64,000 nt of DNA from an uncultured Bacilli bacterium (GCA_934096605.1 CAKOMI010000002.1:789-64788), one strand, 5' to 3'. Positions 1 to 10,121 are shown, counted from the stretch's first letter. Made by a program: numbers and translations. Notes: generated by a model not told the origin, from the letters alone.

Positions 1-1287
1 AAACAAGGTTTAGAAATTAAAGATACAGATATATTAGAGAAAAAGAAAGAAATAAATGAATTATATAAAAAGACTTTTAATAAAGAGACTAATTTTTATG
101 AATTTGAAATAAATGAAGAGTTAGATTTAAGAAAATATTTGCCAGTTAATGGTGATAAATCTAAGCTTGATGAAGAAACAGAACATTTTTTAGAAGAATG
201 TTCTTATACCAATAATATTGATGCTTCCTTTGATTCTTTAAAAGAAATAACTAAAAAAGAACAAGAAATAATAGATTTTGTAAAAACTTTAGATGATAAA
301 GAATTAGAAACTAAGTTTAACAGTATGTTATATGATTATCAAAAACATTCTAAAATATATATAGCTGATTGTCTTAGAATACAAAGTGATTTAAGTAAAA
401 AAGGACATGTACTTTATAGTATGGATAAAAAACCAAGAGAGTATTTACTTAATTTGATTAGAGTGATTGCTAGATATAATTTATATATTAAAAGGGCTAA
501 TGAATTAGGGATAAGTGTTGCACAAGATAAAATAGAAGAATGGAAAAAGTCAATTAATATTTTATACCAAAAAGTTTTTGGTGAAGAAAAAGAGTTTTAT
601 GAACTTAAAAATAATAAAGAATTAAATTTAAGTTTTTATGTACCAGATATAGCTCCAGTAAAAGAAGAGGTAAAAAGTGATAGTAAGCAAGAAGATGATG
701 GCTTAATAAATATAGGTGATATGTTAAATAATAGTAGTATTGAAGATAAAGAAGAGCAACAAGATATTAATTTAACGGATTATATGTTTAATAATGAACC
801 AAAAGTAAAAGAGTTAAGAAAAGATATTTTAGAAGAAGGAATACCAGTTATTCAAGTAGGTAATGATACAGAAAAAGATAATATTTTAAGAAATGCTAGT
901 ATTCCTAGTAAACCATTTAATCTTAAGAAAAAAGAAGAAAAAGTAATAGAAATACCTTCTTTTATGGATATGGCTAGTGAGTATCCTATAGCGGCAGAAA
1001 TAAAGATAAAAAATGCATTTGATTGTTGTTATCTTACTCCATATGTTGGATTACTTGGTGATACTCCACGAGCTCCATTGTATGCGAGGGATGCTAAGCG
1101 TTATGCATTAACTTATTATGTGCTTTTTGATAATATGAAATTAGAATCTGCAACAGATAGTGAACAGTTATCTATTTTACTAGGTAGGGGTGGTAAAGTG
1201 ATAAGTGTTAGAACATTAGATTATTTTTATGATATTAATGATATAGAGATTATAGGAAGAGAAAAGCATTATGGTAAGAGTAGATAA
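1..1287 (+). CDS. hypothetical K/E-rich protein, 5'-truncated by window edge
   Basis: Frame 1 is open from nt 1 with no stop before the listed ATG at 139, so the gene starts upstream of the window. An internal module (..I.E.KK.IN.LY.K.F..E..FYE...N.EL.L..Y.P) occurs twice, at nt ~1-140 and ~500-650. No family recognised. Confidence 0.6.
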   Translation, partial: KQGLEIKDTDILEKKKEINELYKKTFNKETNFYEFEINEELDLRKYLPVNGDKSKLDEETEHFLEECSYTNNIDASFDSLKEITKKEQEIIDFVKTLDDKELETKFNSMLYDYQKHSKIYIADCLRIQSDLSKKGHVLYSMDKKPREYLLNLIRVIARYNLYIKRANELGISVAQDKIEEWKKSINILYQKVFGEEKEFYELKNNKELNLSFYVPDIAPVKEEVKSDSKQEDDGLINIGDMLNNSSIEDKEEQQDINLTDYMFNNEPKVKELRKDILEEGIPVIQVGNDTEKDNILRNASIPSKPFNLKKKEEKVIEIPSFMDMASEYPIAAEIKIKNAFDCCYLTPYVGLLGDTPRAPLYARDAKRYALTYYVLFDNMKLESATDSEQLSILLGRGGKVISVRTLDYFYDINDIEIIGREKHYGKSR

Positions 1288-4153
1288 AAAGAAGAAAAAA
1301 GTAAAGTTAGTAGTTTTACTTGTAAGTGTATTATGTTTATTTATGGGTGCTTCTTATGCGTATTGGTTAATGACGGCAACACAAACAGAGACTAATATAG
1401 CCAGTAGTAAATGTTTTAAAGTAAGCATTACTAATGAAAGCGATGCAATAAGCATAACAAAGGCTCATCCTGTAACAGATGAGGAAGGCTTAAAAGAAAC
1501 TGGATATTCTTTTACTATTCAAAATACATGTAGTACTTATGCTGCTTATCAGGTCAATCTAGAAGATATACTAGATGATGAAATAACTAAAAGATTAAGT
1601 AATAAATATATTAAACTATCTTTAAATGGTAGTACGCCAAGAGTATTAAGTAATTATACTAAAGTAAGTCCTACCATCGATGATGCTGATGCCTCATTTA
1701 AATTAACTAGTGGCTCTCTTGCGCCAAATGGGGAAGATGGGGACTCAGTAGACTATAACTTAAAACTATGGATGGATTATGATACACCAGCTATAGATGA
1801 AACTATGAGTGCCGCTTTTAAAAGTAAAATTAGTGTTATTGCAAGTTATATTGAAGAAAATGATTTAACAAATGAAATAACAATTGCTTATAATTCCAAA
1901 ACAACTGATTATAGTAAAGATAGTGAAACAATAGATATAAATGCCACGAGTACTAACTATAATTTAATAGAGTATAGTAGTGATAATGTAACTTACACAA
2001 GTATTGATACGCCTAGTAAAGATGTTACTCTAACTAAGACGTATACAGAAGATAAAGATGAAACTATTTATTTTCGTGATGAAATGGGTAATTTAAAAAG
2101 TGAAAATGTTGTTCTATCTAAGTTAGATAAGACAGGACCCGTTATAACAGTTACAGCTTCAAGTGACTGGGGTTCAAGTAATACAGTAAATATCACTTTA
2201 GAAGATGAAAAATCAGGTCTTGCTGGCTACGCTTTAACAGAGACAGAAATTGAGCCTAGCGAATGGACAAATGTTACTGGAAAAAGCACAACTATAACTA
2301 AAGACGTTACTAGTAATAAAAAATATTATGTTTATGCTAAAGATGCTTTAGGTAATATTAGTCATAAAGACGTTGAGGTAAGCCATGTTGATACTACTGC
2401 ACCAACAATTGTTAGTTTAACAGAACAAAGTAGTTATGGGGCAACAAGCACAATAACTGCCGTAGCAAAAGACACAGAGTCTGGTATAACAGGTTATGCA
2501 TTCACTGAATCTAGTACAGAACCCACTAGTTGGACAAGTGTAGACAATGTCATAACTGAAAGTACTTATACTTATAAGGCAACAAAGAATGGTACAATAT
2601 ATTTCTGGGTAAAAGATGGGTCAGGACATAAAATAAATAAGACAATAACTGTTAGTAAAGTAGACGCGACAGCTCCAACCGTAACACTTAGTTTAAGCGA
2701 TGAAACAACTTGGACTAAATCAAAAACATTAACAATGAATTTTAGCGATAATGATTCTGGACTAGCAGGCTATGCAGTTACAACTACAGAAACAACACCA
2801 ACTGCATGGACAAGTATAAGTGGAACAAGTGTAAGTAAAACACAGACAATAACAACTAATGGTACATATTACGTATGGACAAAAGACAATGCTGGATTAG
2901 TAAGTCATGTTAACAAAACAATATCTTATATTGATATCACAGCACCAACAGCAAGTATGACATTAACAAAAACAAGTAATTCAATAACAGTTGATGCAAG
3001 TAAGTCTAGTGATACTGATAGTGGTATAGCAAAGTATGAATATAGTATTGATAATACAACATATTATTCTTCAACAAGTTCAACATATACATTTACTGGT
3101 CTAAGTGTTGGTACTTATACTATATATTTAAGAGTTACAGATAATGCTGGAAATGTGGAAAATACTACCGCTCAAGTAGCTATCACAATACCATTAACAA
3201 CAAAAATTACACAATTAGCAGCAACCGATACAAAGAAATTAGTAACCGATGATTATGGTAACATAAGATATGTTGGTGGTAGTCCGAATAACTATGTAAG
3301 TTTTGATGGCGATATATGGCGTATTATAGGTGTCATGAAAGATGTTGATGATGGTACAGGCAATAAAGAAGATCGTGTAAAAATAATAAGAAACGATGCA
3401 ATAGGTGGTTACTCATGGGATACAAGTGAATCAAGTATCAATAATGGTAAAGGTGTAAACGAATGGAGCCAGGCAGACTTAATGAAACTATTAAATCCAG
3501 GCTATGAAAGTGAAACTGTAGGTGGATCATTATATTGGAATAATAAATCAGGAACATGTTACTCATCTAAAAACAATGGTACAAAAGCTTGCGATTTCGC
3601 AAGTACAGGTATAAAAGACAAATTAAAAAATATGCTAGGTAATGCGGTATGGAATACAGGAAGTCAAGGAACTGCATCATGGTATAACAGTAGTGGAGGA
3701 TTAACAAAACATTTTTATACATATGAAAGAAGTGAAAATACAGGAAAAATATGTACAAGTGGAATTTATTGCACAGACACGGTATCAAGAACAACAACAT
3801 GGACAGGAAAGATAGGCTTAATGTATCCATCAGATTATGGCTATGCAACAAGAGCGGCAGACCGCGCAACATGTTTAAATAAAGAATTATTAAATTGGGA
3901 TGATAGTAGTGTAAGTGGTTGTAAATATAATGATTGGCTATTAAATGTAAATGGTAGCGGTCAATGGACATTATCGCCGCATGCTGACTCTTCCGATGCT
4001 GACTATGTGTTCTATGTGTACATTGTTGGCAACGTCCGCATCGCCAATGCGTGCAGCAGCAACGCCGTCCGTCCCGTCGGTTATCTGTTATCGAATACGT
4101 TGGTCCAAAGCGGAGATGGCAGCTCAGGAAATCCTTATACGCTATCAAATTAA
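1271..4153 (+). CDS. large surface protein: SipW-type signal, TasA-like N-domain, four Ig-like repeats, C-terminal lectin-like (DUF1566/CLec-like) domain
   Basis: 960-aa ORF. The N-terminus (KKKKKVK, then a hydrophobic span ending GASYAYW) resembles SipW-cognate TasA/camelysin-type signals (..GGTxAYFxD). Four ~90-aa tandem repeats follow. The C-terminal ~300 aa are clearly homologous to ORF 20166..21470, with shared runs WRIIGVMK, ADLMKLLNPGYESE, VGGSLYWN and YPSDYGYAT, and end ..VRPV....G.G...NPY. Confidence 0.8.
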   Translation: MVRVDKKKKKVKLVVLLVSVLCLFMGASYAYWLMTATQTETNIASSKCFKVSITNESDAISITKAHPVTDEEGLKETGYSFTIQNTCSTYAAYQVNLEDILDDEITKRLSNKYIKLSLNGSTPRVLSNYTKVSPTIDDADASFKLTSGSLAPNGEDGDSVDYNLKLWMDYDTPAIDETMSAAFKSKISVIASYIEENDLTNEITIAYNSKTTDYSKDSETIDINATSTNYNLIEYSSDNVTYTSIDTPSKDVTLTKTYTEDKDETIYFRDEMGNLKSENVVLSKLDKTGPVITVTASSDWGSSNTVNITLEDEKSGLAGYALTETEIEPSEWTNVTGKSTTITKDVTSNKKYYVYAKDALGNISHKDVEVSHVDTTAPTIVSLTEQSSYGATSTITAVAKDTESGITGYAFTESSTEPTSWTSVDNVITESTYTYKATKNGTIYFWVKDGSGHKINKTITVSKVDATAPTVTLSLSDETTWTKSKTLTMNFSDNDSGLAGYAVTTTETTPTAWTSISGTSVSKTQTITTNGTYYVWTKDNAGLVSHVNKTISYIDITAPTASMTLTKTSNSITVDASKSSDTDSGIAKYEYSIDNTTYYSSTSSTYTFTGLSVGTYTIYLRVTDNAGNVENTTAQVAITIPLTTKITQLAATDTKKLVTDDYGNIRYVGGSPNNYVSFDGDIWRIIGVMKDVDDGTGNKEDRVKIIRNDAIGGYSWDTSESSINNGKGVNEWSQADLMKLLNPGYESETVGGSLYWNNKSGTCYSSKNNGTKACDFASTGIKDKLKNMLGNAVWNTGSQGTASWYNSSGGLTKHFYTYERSENTGKICTSGIYCTDTVSRTTTWTGKIGLMYPSDYGYATRAADRATCLNKELLNWDDSSVSGCKYNDWLLNVNGSGQWTLSPHADSSDADYVFYVYIVGNVRIANACSSNAVRPVGYLLSNTLVQSGDGSSGNPYTLSN
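2126..3190 (+). repeat. four tandem ~270-bp coding repeats (Ig-like domains) inside ORF 1271..4153
   Basis: Protein repeats begin DKTGPVITV / DTTAPTIVSL / DATAPTVTLSL / DITAPTASMTL. Each contains D-x-[DE]-SG[LI]xGY and a later Y[YF][VW].(K/T)D..G motif. Confidence 0.7.
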
Positions 4154-4157
4154 TAAT

Positions 4158-4190
4158 AAAAAATGAACGAGTGTTATGCTCGTTCTTTTA
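4158..4190. terminator. bidirectional intrinsic terminator between convergent genes
   Basis: Hairpin gaacgag-tgttatg-ctcgttc (4165-4185), flanked by an A-run upstream and ttttaa downstream. It lies between the stop of 1271..4153 and the stop of 4188..5051(-). Confidence 0.6.
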
Positions 4191-5051
4191 ATTGCCTTGA
4201 TTATATAGTCTGTATAAGTATATTGTTGGGTGATTTAGAAATCTACCATTTACTTTATCTGAACCTATACCAGGATTTACAAATAAAGTACTATTTTCTT
4301 TATCATATCTTCCTTTTTCATAAGTACTTGAATTTTCATCTTTTAATATACCATTTAAAAAAGGTATTCTTATGACGCCACCCATTGAATGACCAGATAA
4401 TGTTAAATCGGTGTATTTATAATTTTCATTAAATCTTATTGGCTCATGGGCTAATAGTATTTGATAGTTATTGTTAGATTCAGTATGCCAAAGCATATCT
4501 TTTTCTTCTTGTAAAGAGGCAACACCAGTTATATATATTGGAGTATTTCCTTTATAATAAATTGGGATAGTTTCTTTATTTAAAATTTTAAATCCTGTTG
4601 TTTCACATAGTTCTTTATAAAAATCTATATCAGTGTAATCTTTATCACCAGTGACAGCGTATTTGCCAAGACTTGCATTTAATTCTTTTAAAGTGTTTTT
4701 CAAGAAGTTTTTATTATCGTCACTTAGAGTTATATAATCACTTAACATATCACCTGTGAAAACTATTATATCTGGTTTAGTTTCATTAATTTTAGTTACA
4801 ACTTTTTTTAATTCTTTTTCATTAGTAATACGACCAAATTGAATATCAGAAAATTGGACTATTTTAAGGCCATTATAGTTTTCAGTTACTTTATTACTTG
4901 TTATGGCATATTCTTCTACTGTGATTATTTCTGGTTCTATAAAATGAAAGTCAATATATATTAAAATAAATAATAGTAATAAAAAAAAGCCAATTTTAAT
5001 AAATATATTTGTCTTTTTTTTAACCACTAGTTCTTGTGCTTCTTCTTCCAT
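4188..5051 (-). CDS. membrane-anchored metallophosphoesterase (calcineurin-like)
   Basis: N-terminal TM. Motifs SDIQFG, FTGDM, GDKD, LAHEP and SGHSMGG match the metallophosphoesterase signature series. Confidence 0.85.
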   Translation of the reverse strand: MEEEAQELVVKKKTNIFIKIGFFLLLLFILIYIDFHFIEPEIITVEEYAITSNKVTENYNGLKIVQFSDIQFGRITNEKELKKVVTKINETKPDIIVFTGDMLSDYITLSDDNKNFLKNTLKELNASLGKYAVTGDKDYTDIDFYKELCETTGFKILNKETIPIYYKGNTPIYITGVASLQEEKDMLWHTESNNNYQILLAHEPIRFNENYKYTDLTLSGHSMGGVIRIPFLNGILKDENSSTYEKGRYDKENSTLFVNPGIGSDKVNGRFLNHPTIYLYRLYNQGN

Positions 5052-5052
5052 C

Positions 5053-5772
5053 TTAGCCTCCTATTATAGTACTACTTAGTAAAACTAGTAATAGTGATAA
5101 AGAATTATGCATGACGTGAGTTATAGTACTTGTGAAAATTGTTTTGGTTTCAATATAACTTTTGGCAAAGAAATAACCGATACCACTATAAGGGATAATA
5201 TAAAGTAGTTGTAGTAAGTTAATGCTAGTTCCGGCTACAAAAGCATTTAATAAGTGGGCTCCACCAAATAATAGAGATGTTATTATCATGAAAGCTTTAT
5301 CGTTTGGTATAGCTTCTCTAAAGTTTTTTCTAAATAGTACTTCTTCAATAAAAGGACCTATTAAAGCCATGCTTATTATAGAGAATATTGGCATTTCATT
5401 TACAATTGAACGATTAAGAGTTTCATTGGTAGCCATATCACCAACAATGGAAAGAATTAAAGAATTACTTATAAACATAAATAGTAAGGCTAGTAACCAA
5501 TTTTTTAAACCGATTTTAAAGAAGGATTTAAAATTCTTTTTATAAAGAATGAATTCTTCTTTTAAAGATTTATGATAAAAAATATAAATTACTAGTAAAG
5601 TTAAAATATATATAATGGTATAGGCTATTATGTAGATAAGTCTATTTTGAAGGTCTAGTTTTAATATAGAGAAGAGATAGGCTGTTACATTTGGAATAAT
5701 AATCATGTAACTTAGTAGTATAGCTATGCTTCTAAGAATTGTTTTGGAGTTTATTTTTTTCAAATTAATCAC
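5053..5772 (-). CDS. CPBP-family intramembrane glutamic endopeptidase (CAAX protease-like)
   Basis: Polytopic. Motifs EEVLFR (EExxxR), FGGAHL (FxxxH) and HVMHN (HxxxN). Confidence 0.85.
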   Translation of the reverse strand: MINLKKINSKTILRSIAILLSYMIIIPNVTAYLFSILKLDLQNRLIYIIAYTIIYILTLLVIYIFYHKSLKEEFILYKKNFKSFFKIGLKNWLLALLFMFISNSLILSIVGDMATNETLNRSIVNEMPIFSIISMALIGPFIEEVLFRKNFREAIPNDKAFMIITSLLFGGAHLLNAFVAGTSINLLQLLYIIPYSGIGYFFAKSYIETKTIFTSTITHVMHNSLSLLLVLLSSTIIGG

Positions 5773-5857
5773 ATTCTTTCTATTTAAATAATATCATAAT
5801 TTTTTTTTCTTTACAATGTAATCATTTCTTTTTATAATAAACTTAGGGTGAATTAAT

Positions 5858-6022
5858 TTGAAAAAAGATATTAAAGATATTGTTAATAGTAGAGGTATGT
5901 TTATTTTATTAAGTATTTTAATAACTTTTGTTTTTATATATTTTTCTGTTCCACATTTTTTTCCAAGAGAAAAGATTGAGGCTTTAGTAGAAAGAATGAA
6001 TGTTTTTGAAAAAAATAGTTAG
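5858..6022 (+). CDS. possible small membrane protein (54 aa, TTG start), not in ORF track
   Basis: RBS-like agggtga lies 7 nt upstream of the TTG. Translation is LKKDIKDIVNSRGMFILLSILITFVFIYFSVPHFFPREKIEALVERMNVFEKNS, with one TM. A hairpin terminator follows directly. Confidence 0.3.
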   Translation: MKKDIKDIVNSRGMFILLSILITFVFIYFSVPHFFPREKIEALVERMNVFEKNS

Positions 6023-6023
6023 A

Positions 6024-6054
6024 AAGTGATTTCACACAATTGAAATCACTTTTT
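6024..6054 (+). terminator. intrinsic terminator
   Basis: Stem aagtgatttca / tgaaatcactt with 6-nt loop, followed by ttt. Confidence 0.5.
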
Positions 6055-6068
6055 AAATGTGCTAAAAT
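6040..6068 (+). promoter_or_regulatory. sigma-A-type promoter for the 6100..15057 operon
   Basis: TTGAAA (6040-6045), 17-nt spacer, TAAAAT (6063-6068), preceded by TGc (extended -10). Confidence 0.4.
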
Positions 6069-6099
6069 CATGATATGAGATTGATTAGAGGTGATTTAT

Positions 6100-6858
6100 G
6101 TGCGGAAAGGAAAGCAAATTCTTTTTCTTGTATTTGCTTTAACGGTGATGATGAAAGGTGTTAATGCTGAGTGTGACTATGAAACACAAGTGAAATTAGC
6201 AACAGAAGCTTCAAATGTTAAAACAAATTATGAGGTTAAAGATATTGTTATTAATTGGCAAACTGGTGAAGAGGTAACAGGTGTTACGGAAGACGAGATT
6301 GACGATGGAAGTGAATATGTTTTGGCAAAGAAAGTTATGGTTTCTTTATATAATATTACTAGCAATATGGTTGTTACTATTACTGATGGTGATGGAATGA
6401 ATGAGGAAGTCACTTATGAAGAAACTGATAATGGCACTTATACTTTTGATGGTGGTAAGTTAGAAAATATTATAAATTATGATATTAAAATAACTACTAA
6501 TAATCCAAGTTGTTCTGGTGATGAACTTAGAACACTTAACTTACAAACACCTAAGATAAATGATTATCATTATCTTACAGCTTGTGAAGGAGTAGACGAT
6601 TATTATTGCCAAGAATTTATAGATTTTGATTTGAATATGAGTGAAGATGAGATTATATCAAAAGCGCTACTTAAAAGAGATGGACAAACTAGCGATAATC
6701 AAAATACAGATGAAAATAAAAGTTGGTTTGATAATGTAAAAGAATATTTAAAGAAACACCAATGGATAGTGTTTACTACTATTGGAGGAATCATATTAAT
6801 AGCAGGGGTTGCTACTACCGTGATTATAATTAAAAAACGGAGGAGTAAAGTTTTATGA
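6100..6858 (+). CDS. Cys-containing secreted protein with C-terminal membrane anchor
   Basis: GTG at 6100 sits 5 nt after gaggtga; the track start 6091 lies inside the RBS. Sec signal ..MMKGVNA/EC, then a C-terminal TM plus KKRRSK stop-transfer. The stop overlaps the next start (ATGA). Confidence 0.7.
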   Translation: MRKGKQILFLVFALTVMMKGVNAECDYETQVKLATEASNVKTNYEVKDIVINWQTGEEVTGVTEDEIDDGSEYVLAKKVMVSLYNITSNMVVTITDGDGMNEEVTYEETDNGTYTFDGGKLENIINYDIKITTNNPSCSGDELRTLNLQTPKINDYHYLTACEGVDDYYCQEFIDFDLNMSEDEIISKALLKRDGQTSDNQNTDENKSWFDNVKEYLKKHQWIVFTTIGGIILIAGVATTVIIIKKRRSKVL

Positions 6859-9800
6859 GAAAGAAATATTTATTATTTATATTGATATTTATAGGGATTT
6901 TAACAATTCCTGGTGTAGCTAATGCAGAACTTAGTTGTGATGCATATTATAGCATTGCTAAGTCTGGGTGTACTGTATTAAATTTAAATGGTGAATCATA
7001 TGGTATGAATACTTATGATGCTGGTGGACTTAAGACATATTGCCTTGATCCAACTAAAACAAGTGGTCTAAAAAAAGGAGGACAAAGCATTTCTGCAAAA
7101 TGTTTTAGAAGAATTGATCCTTCTAGTAAGGGTATTTATCAAGCTTATGATGTGGCTGTTACAAAAGCTTATCAAATGCTTACTGACCAAGGAAGAAATA
7201 CAAATTCGGGAGCTGATAAAGTTTTGGGAGAAATAGTTTTCAGATGGCTTGGATCTTATTATTACTTGGTTGATACTAAAGCTTCATTTCCTAGAACACC
7301 TGTCTGTGGTACGGGTGGAAAAATCGATTCTGGAACTATTTTGAATATCTTTAATCCTAATAATTATGGCAAATACTGGAGTGGTTCAGCTTATGGCGAT
7401 TCTGCCACTGCATATTCGATTTTTAATGTTGCAATAAGTGCTGGAGATCGTATTAGTAAACAAGGTGCAACTTATGAACAACTTATTTCTGATGGAACTA
7501 TTTGGGGTGATAAATACACTGTTAATTCTGTAACTCAAGAAAGTGAAGGAACTAATGTTGATCGTATTACTATTAATTTGAGTTTGGATACTGATGTACA
7601 AACTGTCAATTGGTCAGAGTTTACTGGTGGATGTGATAATAACGGAGTTGTTTGTACTACTGAAAGTGCTGTTCCAAGTGGTAATGGGGTTACTGTTACG
7701 ATTAATGTTAAAAAAACTAATAAATATAATGGCGAAGATTATAAGGTCTATGTTCAAACCTCAATATATGATACCCGTTCTTCTTCAGCTAACATGATTA
7801 TTGTTAGACCTAATAAATATGTACAAAGTTTTTTACTTGTTTCTGATTCTACTAGGAGTATTTTGTCTGGTGGTAGTAAGGTATACGTTACCTCTACTCC
7901 TGGTAATTCAACTGGTGGTGGCAAATGTAGAATAGAAAAAAATACTTATTATTGTAATGACGGACAACCTTGTAGTGAACCAGAGTATCGTGCTGATTGC
8001 GATAAGCCAAAAATTAATTGTACACCTGCAATGACAATGCCTTCAAGTTGTAATAACTTTGACGCTGAGAATGAAACTACTGGTATAATAAGTGATATTA
8101 ATGAGGTTAATAGTAGTTGTAATACTACTGGTGTAAATCAAGTTAAAAAATGTGTTCTTGGACATAATGATTTAACTAATACGTCTTTTGAATCAACTAC
8201 TGAATTGAGTGGTAATGATTATTGCAAAGTTTACTGTAAAGAAAAATATACATTTAATGTTCCAACAGCTAAAATAACAAGGAGTGGTGGATATTTCACT
8301 TTATCTACTACTATTAATGGTGAAAGAGATTGTTATGTTGCTAGTGCTGATGAAACTGCAGCTAGAGAAGGGGCCGGTATTGATACTGTTAAATTTAAGG
8401 CAGACTTAATTGAAAAATCACATGCGGTTATTGATGCTTATAATGAATACTCAAAATGGAAAGCAGCTGCTGAAAAAGATTCTGATTCAACAAAGATTCA
8501 AAATTCTACACAATATTATTCTTCTGGAACGCAGGGAGTAAAATGCCATTCTGGTCATAGCTCTGCTACACAATATTTCAAGGATTGGGAGTATATTAAA
8601 TATTCTTATTCAGGTGTTGCTTCTAAAGAATTAGATAGTTATAGAAGTGGAAGCTGTCATGAATGTAATTGTACTGAGGGTACTAATAAGGATTCAGAAC
8701 ATAAATCTAATCGAGATACTGCATATGGTGATCTTAAAGCTAAATTAGCAGAATTAAATGAAATTATTCAACAATACAATAGTTGTTCTGGTGCAGTAGA
8801 TAATAGTACGCTTGATGCTTTAACAAGTAGTCTTACTACACAAAGAGCAACCTCTAATAATGATACAAGTTGGTCTAATAATATGCAATTTGATCCAAAA
8901 GTAACATTTAAATATAATGAAGCCTATAAGGATCAAATTAATGGGGAGTTTGTTCAAAAAAGTAAAACTACTGGTGGTAGTGAAACTTATTGCTCTGGCA
9001 ACATAAATGATAACTATATTTGTGATAATGGTGGTTCTTCTAGTGTTCAAACTACAACAACTAATACTGTTATTTGTAATACTAATGGATGCCAACCAGT
9101 AACTGTTAATATAAGTAATGCAAATTTTGTTCAAAAAACAAAAGAAGCAAGTGCTACTTATGAGCCAGATCATGATTTTGCAACATATACTCCTTATGGA
9201 ACTATAAAGTTTAAAAATCCGGCTTGTAAAGGTAATGATTGTTTATGGAGTAAATTACCAGAAAATGCTTTACCTGTTTCAATGATAACTAAGACTGGTG
9301 TATTCCCATTTGTTATTAACTTTAGTAATATTGGTCAAGATAATAAAACTGGGGCTTTAGGTCGACTTATGGGAGCTTCTACAAGTGTTTTAACAGAATA
9401 TGATAAATTAGATGATAATGTAAGATGCCCAAAAGGTAGTACGTCTGAAACTATGAGTCAAAATGCTGGATATGTTTGTCATTATTTGACAAATTGTGAT
9501 AACTGTAAATTTACATGTACAGATAAAAATAACTGCAAATTCATTCAACGTGAATGTACTGGTGATAAGTGTACATTAACTTGTAAGAACTGCTTATTTG
9601 ATGGCAAAACAAATAACTTTACATATCGTACAGTATCTGTAAATAATTTGAATCCAAATACACGTAGCCTAGGTTATAACTGGTCAAATGTTAAAGGTGA
9701 AGCAACTAAGAAAGAAATTGAAACAACTAGTGATACTATTTATGAAAAACCGCAATATTCTTATACTCTTACACCAACTAATTTGAAAAATATTCGTGAT

Positions 9801-10121
9801 TATAATGATGATGCTGGTTCATATACCAATGCTGAGGTTCCAAATAGTGTTTCAGCTAAAGTTGATGGTAATGCTTCACTTTATTGTGAAACTATGGATT
9901 ATAATGGAGTTTCTAATGGTGTTACCTACAAGTGCCGTAGTCGTTTCCTTGATTTAATTGAAAAGACTGGTAAAAAATATTCAACAAGTTCTTATCGTAT
10001 TACTAGTGATAGTAATGAAGGAACAGATGCTTATGAGTCATTTGATAAATGTTCTTCTGGTTATGGTAACGGAAATTGTAAATATATAGGACCTTCATGG
10101 CGTATTAAGGAGGTTAACTAA
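6855..10121 (+). CDS. large Cys-rich secreted protein (1088 aa), candidate pilus-associated adhesin
   Basis: Sec signal ..IPGVANA/E. Dozens of Cys, including the cluster CDNCKFTCTDKNNCKFIQRECTGDKCTLTCKNC. Translationally coupled on both sides. No family recognised. Confidence 0.75.
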   Translation: MRKKYLLFILIFIGILTIPGVANAELSCDAYYSIAKSGCTVLNLNGESYGMNTYDAGGLKTYCLDPTKTSGLKKGGQSISAKCFRRIDPSSKGIYQAYDVAVTKAYQMLTDQGRNTNSGADKVLGEIVFRWLGSYYYLVDTKASFPRTPVCGTGGKIDSGTILNIFNPNNYGKYWSGSAYGDSATAYSIFNVAISAGDRISKQGATYEQLISDGTIWGDKYTVNSVTQESEGTNVDRITINLSLDTDVQTVNWSEFTGGCDNNGVVCTTESAVPSGNGVTVTINVKKTNKYNGEDYKVYVQTSIYDTRSSSANMIIVRPNKYVQSFLLVSDSTRSILSGGSKVYVTSTPGNSTGGGKCRIEKNTYYCNDGQPCSEPEYRADCDKPKINCTPAMTMPSSCNNFDAENETTGIISDINEVNSSCNTTGVNQVKKCVLGHNDLTNTSFESTTELSGNDYCKVYCKEKYTFNVPTAKITRSGGYFTLSTTINGERDCYVASADETAAREGAGIDTVKFKADLIEKSHAVIDAYNEYSKWKAAAEKDSDSTKIQNSTQYYSSGTQGVKCHSGHSSATQYFKDWEYIKYSYSGVASKELDSYRSGSCHECNCTEGTNKDSEHKSNRDTAYGDLKAKLAELNEIIQQYNSCSGAVDNSTLDALTSSLTTQRATSNNDTSWSNNMQFDPKVTFKYNEAYKDQINGEFVQKSKTTGGSETYCSGNINDNYICDNGGSSSVQTTTTNTVICNTNGCQPVTVNISNANFVQKTKEASATYEPDHDFATYTPYGTIKFKNPACKGNDCLWSKLPENALPVSMITKTGVFPFVINFSNIGQDNKTGALGRLMGASTSVLTEYDKLDDNVRCPKGSTSETMSQNAGYVCHYLTNCDNCKFTCTDKNNCKFIQRECTGDKCTLTCKNCLFDGKTNNFTYRTVSVNNLNPNTRSLGYNWSNVKGEATKKEIETTSDTIYEKPQYSYTLTPTNLKNIRDYNDDAGSYTNAEVPNSVSAKVDGNASLYCETMDYNGVSNGVTYKCRSRFLDLIEKTGKKYSTSSYRITSDSNEGTDAYESFDKCSSGYGNGNCKYIGPSWRIKEVN

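Noticed and set aside
3567-4375. Track ORFs 3567..4148(-), 3951..4166(+) and 4163..4375(+), overlapping the end of the 960-aa gene and the metallophosphoesterase gene
   Set aside because: They are shadow ORFs. They lie entirely inside or antisense to much longer ORFs with clear homology, lack RBSs and encode low-complexity sequence. The locally raised GC content of 3952-4140 removes stop codons in the other frames, which explains why they are open.
5222-9173. Short antisense or alternative-frame ORFs (5222..5545, 6228..6413, 7386..7601, 7594..7797, 8820..9173)
   Set aside because: All are nested in longer, better-supported genes on the opposite strand or in another frame. There are no RBSs or motifs. 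Such shadows are typical of AT-rich coding sequence.
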